This document shows positions 6,900-14,400 of a stretch of DNA of 18,284 nucleotides, one piece after another. Location of the stretch: the IMG/VR virus record IMGVR_UViG_2671180878_000013, positions 1-18,284 of that record. The stretch is one strand, 5' to 3'. This DNA comes from a virus (lineage: Duplodnaviria; Heunggongvirae; Uroviricota; Caudoviricetes). Position 1 is the stretch's first letter. Each line of letters starts with the position of its first letter. A program made the position numbers and the translations under genes. The notes beneath the pieces are model-generated. The model made no database searches. It was not told the origin of the DNA and saw only the letters and a program-made list of their open reading frames with translations.

Positions 6900-7565
6900 T
6901 CAGACAAAACCAGCCGCTTTCCGGCGTTCATACTCCTGTTTCAGCAACTCAATTGGCGTTGGTCCCAACGGGCGTTTTGGTGCCGCCAGTTGTCGCCGTA
7001 CTGGCGGAACGCTCAGGCCGTTACTAACATGCTTTGCCCATTTCGTCAGCTGCCGTTCTGCAAGCCGTTTTAATTCCCCTTCGGTCATCTGGCGTTCAAT
7101 CCCCTCTGAACGCATCTCGAGGCAAATGTGATACAGCACAGGCTGAGGCCACGGATATTTGTCGCTTCCGTTATATCGCCAGGACTCATTACGCCAGCGG
7201 CGATACTCCTCCATCACAGCATCCACCGTCAGGCCAAATGGATTGGCCCCGCTTTCCGAAATCAGCGCCACAAACTCAGCCAGGTCCGGAGGCCATGTTT
7301 CACCCGCCCGGCAGCGGTCCATGCACTGGCGGCAGACCTGCCGGATTTGCTGCTCAGTCATCGCGCCAATCTGTGCAATCCAGAGCTTCGAAGGTGCGGC
7401 CCCGTTCTTCTGGGTCCAGCGGTTCGAATAAACCTCCCCCATGAGTTCCCACAGCTTCCAGGCCGTTTCCGTCGCTGATAAATCCGTTTTCACGTTCCCA
7501 CTGCTCACGTGCTGCCCGAATTTCCTGAACTGCCCGTGATGCGGTGCCACCTGGTGCTGCTGCAT
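6900..7565 (-). CDS. Lambda P-like replication protein (helicase loader)
   Basis: The C-terminal two thirds resemble recalled lambda P (YPWPQPVLYHICLEMRSEGI..., GELKRLAERQL...). Start is uncertain: the frame is open to 7565, while an ATG at 7361 overlaps the O-like stop by 8 nt. Confidence 0.6.
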   Translation of the reverse strand: MQQHQVAPHHGQFRKFGQHVSSGNVKTDLSATETAWKLWELMGEVYSNRWTQKNGAAPSKLWIAQIGAMTEQQIRQVCRQCMDRCRAGETWPPDLAEFVALISESGANPFGLTVDAVMEEYRRWRNESWRYNGSDKYPWPQPVLYHICLEMRSEGIERQMTEGELKRLAERQLTKWAKHVSNGLSVPPVRRQLAAPKRPLGPTPIELLKQEYERRKAAGFV

Positions 7566-8394
7566 GGTTTACCCCCTTGCTGACTGGTTTAACCTGCGCC
7601 CTGACGTGATTTACGTGACGGGCGAATTTCTGCTCCCACTGAATCTGCGTAAACACTTTCCCCTCCGCTGCCCAGTAGTCCCGGAATGCGGTAAGTTCAG
7701 CAGGTGTAAATTCTGTCTCCGGCAAAGCCATCCCCCACAACGCAGCCCGTCGTCGAAAATCCCGTGACGGATACCAGCTATCGGTCATCGGAAATTTTCC
7801 GATGGGTTCGCTCAGGCCATCCAGGAATACATGGGGGGCTGCCTGTAACGACAAAACTTCCTGCTCACTGATCGGAGCACTCTCGCGTGCGTTATGTGTG
7901 GGGTTTAGATCTTTGGGTTCCTTTGGGTTCCGTGATCCGTTTTTGGGTGTCTTTGATGGAAAATTTGGGTGTCTTTGGTTATTTTCCATGCAACAAAGAG
8001 TTCCGTTTTTGGGGCTCTTTTGTGCTGAAACATAACCGTTTTCGGTACTGTTTTTATTAACAGCACCAATTTTACCCACCTTTAAAGACACCCGTTTTTG
8101 GGTGTATTCAGGCTCGGCAACACTTTCTTCTACACCGATAAGTCGGTACACCACAATTTGCTTTGTTCTGCCTTTTCTCTCACCGGTATCAACAATTAAC
8201 CCAATCTCCATCAGGTGTCGTAAGCTGTCCTGCACAGTCTTTTTGTTCAGTTCCGTTACTTCTGCCAGTGCAGATACAGACGGGTATGCACACAAATCGG
8301 CACCGCACATATCAGCAAGCCAGGTCAATACAGACTTACTGGATGAACTGCCGGTTTTCACCTTTTTAGCCCATCGTAGTGCATCGATACTCAT
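7354..8394 (-). CDS. Replication initiator (lambda O analogue): N-terminal HTH, linker encoding the origin, C-terminal DnaT-like domain
   Basis: N-terminus MSIDALRWAKKV...SVSALAEVTELNKKTVQDSLRHLMEIGLI is HTH-like. C-terminal segment GKFPMTDSWYPSRDFRRRAALWGMALPETEFTPAELTAFRDYWAAEGKVFTQIQWEQKFAR matches the recalled E. coli DnaT C-terminus. AGGGG lies upstream of the ATG at 8394. Confidence 0.75.
   Translation of the reverse strand: MSIDALRWAKKVKTGSSSSKSVLTWLADMCGADLCAYPSVSALAEVTELNKKTVQDSLRHLMEIGLIVDTGERKGRTKQIVVYRLIGVEESVAEPEYTQKRVSLKVGKIGAVNKNSTENGYVSAQKSPKNGTLCCMENNQRHPNFPSKTPKNGSRNPKEPKDLNPTHNARESAPISEQEVLSLQAAPHVFLDGLSEPIGKFPMTDSWYPSRDFRRRAALWGMALPETEFTPAELTAFRDYWAAEGKVFTQIQWEQKFARHVNHVRAQVKPVSKGVNHAAAPGGTASRAVQEIRAAREQWERENGFISDGNGLEAVGTHGGGLFEPLDPEERGRTFEALDCTDWRDD
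7911..8103. repeat. Origin of replication: iteron array plus AT-rich region inside the initiator gene
   Basis: Tandem ctttgggttc x2 (7911-7930); tttgggtgtctttg at 7942-7955 and 7964-7977; TTTGGG(T/G) cores again at 8007-8013 and 8096-8102; inverted copy aaagacacccg at 8083-8093; AT-rich block 8030-8080. Coincides with the PKNG-rich linker of the initiator. Confidence 0.7.
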
Positions 8395-8917
8395 ACGAAC
8401 CCCTGGCAGATATTTGTTTATCTGCAAAGTAATATTGATACTGCTGACGATACGCATGCTTGAAAGCAATAGCTTTTTCTATAAGCTCGTCAGTCTCACG
8501 TTCCACAACAGATGGATCCGCAAAAAGCAGTCCGGACTCCACCACATCGCCATATTCTTTGTTTAACCCGGCGATCATGTACGTGATGCTTTTTCCGTCA
8601 CTAATTTCACGATACAACCTGAAATCATTAATCCGGATAGCCTCCATAATTGCAGGCACTAGCGCCGTGAACTTTTCACGCTTATCCCTGGTGTCGATAG
8701 CCTTCCAGCGTTCGAATATCTTCACTCGATTAACGCCAAGCGCTCGCTGATCAACCGCGCCACCTTCATCTGTGACACGCTGAACATCGATGTTCGGGCG
8801 CTCTTTCAAAACCCAGAATGCTTCAGTGATTAATATCGTCGCCTGCTCCTGTGTCATTCCTGGTCGACATATCCAGGCATCCAGAGCCTCACGAGCCTGT
8901 TCAGGAGTGATTTTCAT
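8366..8917 (-). CDS. Hypothetical early protein at the cII position (possibly YdaT-like)
   Basis: 183-aa ORF between the cro-like and initiator genes. The family assignment rests on position only and is weak. Confidence 0.4.
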   Translation of the reverse strand: MKITPEQAREALDAWICRPGMTQEQATILITEAFWVLKERPNIDVQRVTDEGGAVDQRALGVNRVKIFERWKAIDTRDKREKFTALVPAIMEAIRINDFRLYREISDGKSITYMIAGLNKEYGDVVESGLLFADPSVVERETDELIEKAIAFKHAYRQQYQYYFADKQISARGSYEYRCTTMG

Positions 8918-9057
8918 TGTTCAACCGCCCCGCCCGCTTTGCCTTACGATATTCGTCATAAACTTTGGGGTCGTACTGAAGTTCCCCGCCGGATGCCTCT
9001 TGCAGGCGCATCGCGCGACCTTCAGGAACTAGCTCTTGCCATTGAGAAACAGCAGAT
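8901..9057 (-). CDS. Cro-like (YdaS-type) HTH protein, C-terminal fragment; N-terminus lost in the gap
   Basis: Minus-strand translation adjoining the gap reads ...SAVSQWQELVPEGRAMRLQEASGGEL..., resembling the end of an XRE-type HTH. It is divergent from the repressor-like gene. Confidence 0.35.
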
Positions 9058-9081
9058 NNNNNNNNNNNNNNNNNNNNNNNN
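9058..9081. other. Assembly gap: 24 N of unknown true length
   Basis: A run of N in the sequence. Both flanking genes lack N-termini, so the gap must stand for several hundred missing bases covering the divergent repressor/cro promoter-operator region. Confidence 0.9.
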
Positions 9082-9082
9082 C

Positions 9083-9331
9083 GCCGAGGTATTGCAATGT
9101 TCACCAACCTGGATACTGTTTGGCGACGAGGACAAAACACCAGCTCCCCCTGTTTCACTCGATAGTACCCTAGACTTATCGGAAGATGAGTTAGAGATGC
9201 TGCGTTTGTATCGCGCACTTCCTAAATCAGAGCAACAAGCACAACTCAGCGAACTCCGCGCCCGCGTTGAGAATTTTAATCGCCTGTTCACCGAGCTATT
9301 AGAGGCTCGCAAACGCAACAAGCATCAATAA
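9083..9331 (+). CDS. dicA: DicA-like (cI-analogue) repressor, C-terminal fragment; N-terminal HTH lies in the gap
   Basis: (A)EVLQCSPTWILFGDEDKTPAPPV...LSEDELEMLRLYRALPKSEQQAQLSELRARVENFNRLFTELLEARKRNKHQ matches the recalled C-terminal half of E. coli DicA. Confidence 0.7.
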   Translation, partial: AEVLQCSPTWILFGDEDKTPAPPVSLDSTLDLSEDELEMLRLYRALPKSEQQAQLSELRARVENFNRLFTELLEARKRNKHQ

Positions 9332-9418
9332 TCATCCCTTCACAAAATTTTAAAGCCTTACATTTCAATGTATTGGCTTTATCTTGCGCCAATACTTGAG
9401 TTTTCTCATCAAAAAACC

Positions 9419-9473
9419 TTGACGAAAAATAATGAGAAAACTAAATTATCTCCATCAACACACCGCACGGTGT
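9419..9473 (+). promoter_or_regulatory. Candidate promoter of the dicB-type operon with a downstream palindromic operator
   Basis: -35 TTGACG (9419-9424), 17-nt spacer, -10 TAAATT (9442-9447), then the 14-bp palindrome ACACCGCACGGTGT (9460-9473). Confidence 0.45.
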
Positions 9474-9523
9474 TCTCCGCAAACAGTTCCGCTACCCCGG
9501 CGTTAAGGGGAAATGAGGTCAAC

Positions 9524-9676
9524 ATGGATACGCTCAATCTTGGCAACAACGAATCTCTGGTATGCGGAGTATTCTCCAACCTGGACGGCACGTTTACCGC
9601 GATGACGTATACCAGAAGCAAAACGTTTAAAACGGAAGCTGGCGCGCGTCGCTGGTTAGCAAGAAACTCTGACTGA
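9524..9676 (+). CDS. ydfA: YdfA-like small protein
   Basis: 50-aa product MDTLNLGNNESLVCGVFSNLDGTFTAMTYTRSKTFKTEAGARRWLARNSD, first gene after the repressor as in Qin; GAGG upstream of the ATG. Confidence 0.7.
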   Translation: MDTLNLGNNESLVCGVFSNLDGTFTAMTYTRSKTFKTEAGARRWLARNSD

Positions 9677-10326
9677 TGAGGTTGACGATGGAATTTAAAG
9701 ATTTACCTCCTTCAATCCAGGAGATTGCAGCACACACACTTCGTCATCGTCTGAACGAACTTGAATTGGAATCGGTAACGAAAAAAGACACTGATAATAT
9801 GGCTCGTAATGTGCGCGATGCGTTTACCGGATTGTATTTCTGTGCGTCTATAAATAAACACGACTCAGAGAGTGTGGCAAATAAAATTGCAGAAACGACA
9901 GCGCAAAACATCAATACGAAACCAACGGAAGAAGAAATTGATCAGTTTGCTCATGATGCTGGTTTAAAAAACAAGAAAGAAAAATCGCCATATGCGGGGA
10001 ACATGTTTGTTTATGACAATCTCATCAGAATTCGTGGCGAAATTCCGGCGGAATACCTGGCAAGAGTCCATCAGGCATTGCTTAAAAATTTGGAAACAGA
10101 ATTATTTGATGGCAACACTAACGGTTTCTTCATGGTATCAGGCCTTGAGAAAGACTGGGATGCAGAAAAACGCTGGAATGTTGCTACATGGTTATTCAGT
10201 AACAGAGCCGCTGCACTGGAAGCTTCGGCATGTATTTGCGGCCTGTTCTTAACAGACCACAAATATAATCTGGATGTGTACAGTTATATTTACGCTGAAC
10301 ACGGTCCACTCTGGATTGACTGGTAA
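9676..10326 (+). CDS. Hypothetical 216-aa protein, or 212 aa from the ATG at 9688; family not recognised
   Basis: ATG at 9676 overlaps the ydfA stop as TGATG; the alternative ATG at 9688 has GAGG 6 nt upstream. Sits where Qin has ydfB/ydfC. Confidence 0.6.
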   Translation: MRLTMEFKDLPPSIQEIAAHTLRHRLNELELESVTKKDTDNMARNVRDAFTGLYFCASINKHDSESVANKIAETTAQNINTKPTEEEIDQFAHDAGLKNKKEKSPYAGNMFVYDNLIRIRGEIPAEYLARVHQALLKNLETELFDGNTNGFFMVSGLEKDWDAEKRWNVATWLFSNRAAALEASACICGLFLTDHKYNLDVYSYIYAEHGPLWIDW

Positions 10327-10536
10327 TTATAAGGAAACACCAGCAGGGCCGCGGCGACCAACAGAACGATTAAAATCAATAATGCCATTATAAAGGACAT
10401 TATTTAATTTATCGTCGAATGCTGATTCTGTGAGCCTCAACTCTGAATGAGTTTTTAATAACCCTGATTGCCTGAGTTGATTTACCAGGCATTCAATCTG
10501 TTTTTCAATAAGCGGATTTCTTTTTTTGTTTGGCAT
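10327..10536 (-). CDS. Hypothetical 69-aa protein, convergent with and abutting the 212-aa gene
   Basis: ATG at 10536 preceded by GGAGGA. Its stop codon directly abuts the stop of the plus-strand gene. Product MPNKKRNPLIEKQIECLVNQLRQSGLL... not recognised. Confidence 0.45.
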   Translation of the reverse strand: MPNKKRNPLIEKQIECLVNQLRQSGLLKTHSELRLTESAFDDKLNNVLYNGIIDFNRSVGRRGPAGVSL

Positions 10537-10874
10537 TTTATCCTCCATTGAGGTTCTGGGTTAAAAATGGAGACCAACACGCTGTCACGTGTGGTCGTGC
10601 GCCGGACACGGATAAGAATCCGGTACTGACAGTTTACTGAAAGGATATTTCCCTGAAAAGTCAGTGCATAACGCGAAAGCGTACGGCGAAGCTCTTTCCC
10701 TTAGAAGGCTTGTCGTTAGATTTCTTCGAACGTGCGCTTCCGGTTGTGGCACTCCGCGAAATGGCGCGGCGGTAAGTATGGCGGGGTTATTCCTTCCCCA
10801 GTTGAGGACACCGGGTTGTCAGGTTGACCATACGCTTAAGTGACAACCCCGCTACAACGCCCTCTGTTATCAAT

Positions 10875-10933
10875 ATTCTGGTGACATTTGGCGGTATCAG
10901 TTTTACTCCGTGACTGCTCTGCCGCCCTTTTTT
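10875..10933 (+). ncRNA. dicF: DicF small RNA (ftsZ-targeting sRNA of the dicB operon)
   Basis: attctggtgacatttggcggtatcagttttactccgtgactgctctgccgccctttttt matches recalled E. coli DicF, including the terminator hairpin and T-run. Ends are approximate. Confidence 0.8.
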
Positions 10934-11103
10934 AAAAGTGAATTTTGTGATGCGGTGAATGCGGCTCAGCGCACGCGGAACAGTTAAAACCAAAAACAGT
11001 GTTATGGGTGGATTCTCTGTATCCGGCGTTAATTGTTAACTGGTTAACGTCACCTGGAGGCACCAGGCACCGCATCACAAAATTCATTGTTGAGGACGCG
11101 ATA

Positions 11104-11292
11104 ATGGAAAAGTTATCATGTAATGCCAGCACGTCTGAACTTCGTTTCGAAATTGGCGTTATCACTGGAGACAAAACATTTATTGAAGACGCCATTAAGC
11201 AGAGAAAACTCGAGCAGGACCTGTTAAATGAAGTATGCATTCCTTCAATGCTGGCTCGTCTGGACCTGCTGCAAAAAGGATATAAACAATGA
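11104..11292 (+). CDS. dicB: Cell-division inhibitor DicB
   Basis: 62-aa product MEKLSCNASTSELRFEIGVITGDKTFIEDAIKQRKLEQDLLNEVCIPSMLARLDLLQKGYKQ matches the recalled DicB pattern (FEIGV...EDAI..RK...LLN..CI.SMLARL); GAGG upstream. Confidence 0.8.
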   Translation: MEKLSCNASTSELRFEIGVITGDKTFIEDAIKQRKLEQDLLNEVCIPSMLARLDLLQKGYKQ

Positions 11293-11480
11293 ATACAACA
11301 TTTGCACTCGTTCTGACAGTTTATCTTGTTTCCGGCGAATCTCTTGAGCTGGTGACTGGCTTATACGGTTCAATGAAAGAATGCATGGCTGCAGCAGCAG
11401 AACAAAAAATTCCCGGTAACTGTTATCCGGTAGATAAAACTACTCACACTAATAATAACGAAATACCGGCAGGACTTTAA
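11289..11480 (+). CDS. ydfD: YdfD-like small membrane protein (lysis-associated in Qin)
   Basis: 63-aa ORF whose ATG overlaps the dicB stop as ATGA; hydrophobic N-terminus MNTTFALVLTVYLVSG; same position and length as ydfD. Confidence 0.65.
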   Translation: MNTTFALVLTVYLVSGESLELVTGLYGSMKECMAAAAEQKIPGNCYPVDKTTHTNNNEIPAGL

Positions 11481-11573
11481 AACAGCACCGTAATTAATAT
11501 CCGGTTTCATTTTTATATGCCAGCAATGGCAGGGATTTGTTCACCCTTAAATCTGTAATGAGGTTAAAACAAA

Positions 11574-14045
11574 ATGAGTAAAGTCTTTATTTGCGCCGCC
11601 ATTCCGGACGAACAGGCAATAAAAGAAGAGGGCGCAGTTGCTGTAGCCACTGCCATTGAAGCCGGTGATGAACGCCGCGCCCGTGCCAAATTTACCTGGC
11701 AATTCCTGGAGCAATATCCTGCTGCTCAGGACTGCGCTTATAAATTTCTTGTCTGCGAAGATAAACCTGGCATGCCCCGCCCTGCTATCGACTCCTGGGA
11801 TACCGAATATATGCAGGAAAACCGCTGGGATGAGGAATCCGCTTCCTTTATTCCGGTCGAACCAGAATCCGATCCTATTAACGTCAATTTTGACAAGCTG
11901 TCCCTTGAAGTACAGAACGCGGTCCTGGTTAAGTTCGGTACATGTGAAAACATCACCGTTGATATGGCGATTGACGCGCAGGAATTACTGCAAGAAGACG
12001 TGGCTACCTTTGACGGACATATCGTTGAAGCACTGATGAAAACGCCTGAAATTAACGCTATGTATCCGGAACGCAAACTGTTCGCTATCGGATGGGTTAA
12101 ACACAAATGTAAGCCGGGTACCAAATGGCCCGAAATTCAGGCTGAATTACGTAACTGGAAAAAACGGCAGGACGCAGAGCGCAAAGAGACTGGAAAATAC
12201 ACGTCTGTTGTTGATCTTGCCCGCGCCAAAGCCAACCGACAGCACACTGAAAACCCAGCAGAAAAAATCCCTCCTGTAACTGCCGCCATTCATCGCGAAT
12301 ACAAGCAGACATGGAAAACCCTGGACAGGGAGCTGGCCTACTATCTCTGGCCTGGTGATGCGGATGCCGGAAACATTGACGGCAGCATCCTTCGCTGGGC
12401 TAAAAATGAAGTTATCGCCAGAGATCGCGAAGACTGGAAGCGCATCTCCGCATCAATGCGCAAACAACCTGATGCGCTTCGCTACAGCCGCCAGACTATT
12501 TTTGGCCTTGTCCGTGAACGTCCGATCGACATTCACAAAGACCCTGTGGCACTGAACAAATACATTACTGAATACCTGACTACAAAGGGCGTGTTTGAAG
12601 ATGAAGGAAGAAATCAGAGCGCAACTGATACTCTCTCGTCGCCAGTACCAGAAACTGATGCAGTGGAAACGGCAATTCAGGACAACGAAAAAACCGAATG
12701 CAAAGTGGAAGTCGAATCATCTGTAGAGCGTGAGGGGCCGTTCTACTTCCTCTTCAGCGACAAGGATGGCGAAAAATACGGTCGTGCAAACAAACTTTCT
12801 GGTCTGAATAAGGCGCTGGCTGCAGGGGCTACTGAAATCACGAAAGAAGAATATTTTGCCCGCAAAAACGGTACATACTCAGGTTCACAACAAAATACTG
12901 GTGCATCTGACACGATCGCACAACCGGAGCCGGTAAAAGTTACCGCTGACGAAGTAAACAAAATTATGCAGGCAGCCAATATCAGCCAGCCTGACGCCGA
13001 TAAGTTGCTTGCTGTATCACGTGGTGAATTTGTTGCAGGGATTAGCGACCCGAATGATCCGAAATGGGTGAAGGAGATTGAAACCCGCGATTCAGTGAAT
13101 CAGAACCAGCAAGAAACGGAACAGAACGACCAGAAAGCGGAACAAAACAGCCCAAATGCGTTACAAAACGAGCCAGAAACGAAACAATCCGAACCAGTAG
13201 TGCAACAGGAACCGGAAAAAGTCTGCACCGCCTGCGGTCAGAGCGGTGGCGGCAACTGCCCCGATTGTGGCGCTGTCATGGGCAACGCAACATACCAGGA
13301 AACATTCGATGAAGAGAATCAGGTTGAAGCTCAGGAGAATGATCCGGAGGAAATGGAAGGCGCTGAACATCCACACAAGGAGAACACTGGCGGCAATCAG
13401 CATCACGCCAGCGATAGTGAAACTGGCGAGGCGGCAGATCCCTTAATTAAGGTGAATGGTCATCACAATCTCACATCCACCAGCAGAGCGGGGATTCATC
13501 TGATGATCGACATTGAAACCATGGGAAAAAATCCCAATGCCGCGATTATCTCAATAGGCGCAATATTTTTCGATCCACAAACCGGAGATATGGGACCGGA
13601 ATTTAGCAAGACCATCGATCTGGATACTGCTGGCGGAGTTATTGATCGTGACGTCATTAAATGGTGGCTGAAGCAATCACGTGAAGCGCAGTCTGCCATT
13701 CTGACCGATGAAATCCCGTTAGATGATGCACTACTGCAATTGCGGGAATTTATCGCCGAAAACTCCGGTGAATTTTTTGTTCAGGTCTGGGGAAATGGAG
13801 CCAACTTCGACAACGTGATTTTACGCCGTTCATACGAACGGCAGGGGATCCCCTGCCCCTGGCACTACCACAACGATCGCGATGTACGCACAATCGTTGA
13901 GCTAGGGAAAGCCATAGACTTCGATGCCAGAACAGCTATCCCATTCGAAGGTGAGCGCCACAATGCACTTGATGACGCCCGTTACCAGGCAAAATACGTT
14001 TCAGCTATCTGGCAAAAACTGATCCCGAGTCAGGCTGATTTTTAA
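11574..14045 (+). CDS. ydfE: Intact YdfE-like 823-aa prophage protein with a CxxC...CxxC zinc ribbon and a C-terminal DEDD-type 3'-5' exonuclease domain
   Basis: C-terminal motifs HLMIDIETMG (Exo I) and ERHNALDDARYQA (Exo III-like); zinc ribbon CTACGQSGGGNCPDCG; Q/E-rich acidic linker; GAGG upstream of the ATG. The K-12 ydfE is a truncated remnant of this gene. Confidence 0.7.
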   Translation: MSKVFICAAIPDEQAIKEEGAVAVATAIEAGDERRARAKFTWQFLEQYPAAQDCAYKFLVCEDKPGMPRPAIDSWDTEYMQENRWDEESASFIPVEPESDPINVNFDKLSLEVQNAVLVKFGTCENITVDMAIDAQELLQEDVATFDGHIVEALMKTPEINAMYPERKLFAIGWVKHKCKPGTKWPEIQAELRNWKKRQDAERKETGKYTSVVDLARAKANRQHTENPAEKIPPVTAAIHREYKQTWKTLDRELAYYLWPGDADAGNIDGSILRWAKNEVIARDREDWKRISASMRKQPDALRYSRQTIFGLVRERPIDIHKDPVALNKYITEYLTTKGVFEDEGRNQSATDTLSSPVPETDAVETAIQDNEKTECKVEVESSVEREGPFYFLFSDKDGEKYGRANKLSGLNKALAAGATEITKEEYFARKNGTYSGSQQNTGASDTIAQPEPVKVTADEVNKIMQAANISQPDADKLLAVSRGEFVAGISDPNDPKWVKEIETRDSVNQNQQETEQNDQKAEQNSPNALQNEPETKQSEPVVQQEPEKVCTACGQSGGGNCPDCGAVMGNATYQETFDEENQVEAQENDPEEMEGAEHPHKENTGGNQHHASDSETGEAADPLIKVNGHHNLTSTSRAGIHLMIDIETMGKNPNAAIISIGAIFFDPQTGDMGPEFSKTIDLDTAGGVIDRDVIKWWLKQSREAQSAILTDEIPLDDALLQLREFIAENSGEFFVQVWGNGANFDNVILRRSYERQGIPCPWHYHNDRDVRTIVELGKAIDFDARTAIPFEGERHNALDDARYQAKYVSAIWQKLIPSQADF

Positions 14046-14114
14046 TGTTCAACCATCGCCGGTTGTGACTGGTATTCTGCAACCGGCCCTCATCTGATGT
14101 AAGAGATAAAAGCG

Positions 14115-14366
14115 ATGAGCGAAGTAATCATGATTGTCTCTCCCGGTAAATGGGTATCCGAAGAGCAGTTAATTGCGCTGAAAGGAATAAAAAAAGGTAC
14201 GTTAAAAAAGGCCCGGGAAAAATCGTTTATGGAAGGAAGGGAATATAAGCATGTCGCTCATGACGGTATGCCATGGGATAACAGTCCATGCTTTTACAAC
14301 CTGGAAGAAATTGATCGCTGGATTGAGCGCCAGGCATCTGCAAGACCAAGACGTCATCTTGCTTGA
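14115..14366 (+). CDS. xis: Excisionase (Xis-like, winged-helix)
   Basis: 83-aa ORF immediately upstream of the integrase on the same strand; AAGAGA upstream of the ATG. Confidence 0.65.
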   Translation: MSEVIMIVSPGKWVSEEQLIALKGIKKGTLKKAREKSFMEGREYKHVAHDGMPWDNSPCFYNLEEIDRWIERQASARPRRHLA

Positions 14367-14400
14367 CTAAAAGCAACACGAACCAATGAGAGAAGCTGAA

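Noticed and set aside
7034-7478. Plus-strand ORFs 7034-7444, 7128-7478 and 7159-7431
   Set aside because: All are antisense to the P-like and initiator genes in a GC-rich stretch, with proline/arginine/serine-rich low-complexity products typical of antisense artefacts.
8901-9331. ORF-track ORFs 8901-9218 (minus) and 8939-9331 (plus) read as single proteins
   Set aside because: Both span the N run, and each joins a plausible C-terminal fragment to antisense sequence of the opposing gene. Only the gap-proximal fragments are kept.
11656-13699. Internal and antisense ORFs within the exonuclease gene (for example 11656-12036, 11738-12124, 13161-13406)
   Set aside because: They are nested inside a long, well-supported coding frame with a ribosome-binding site and recognisable domains; none has its own start signal.
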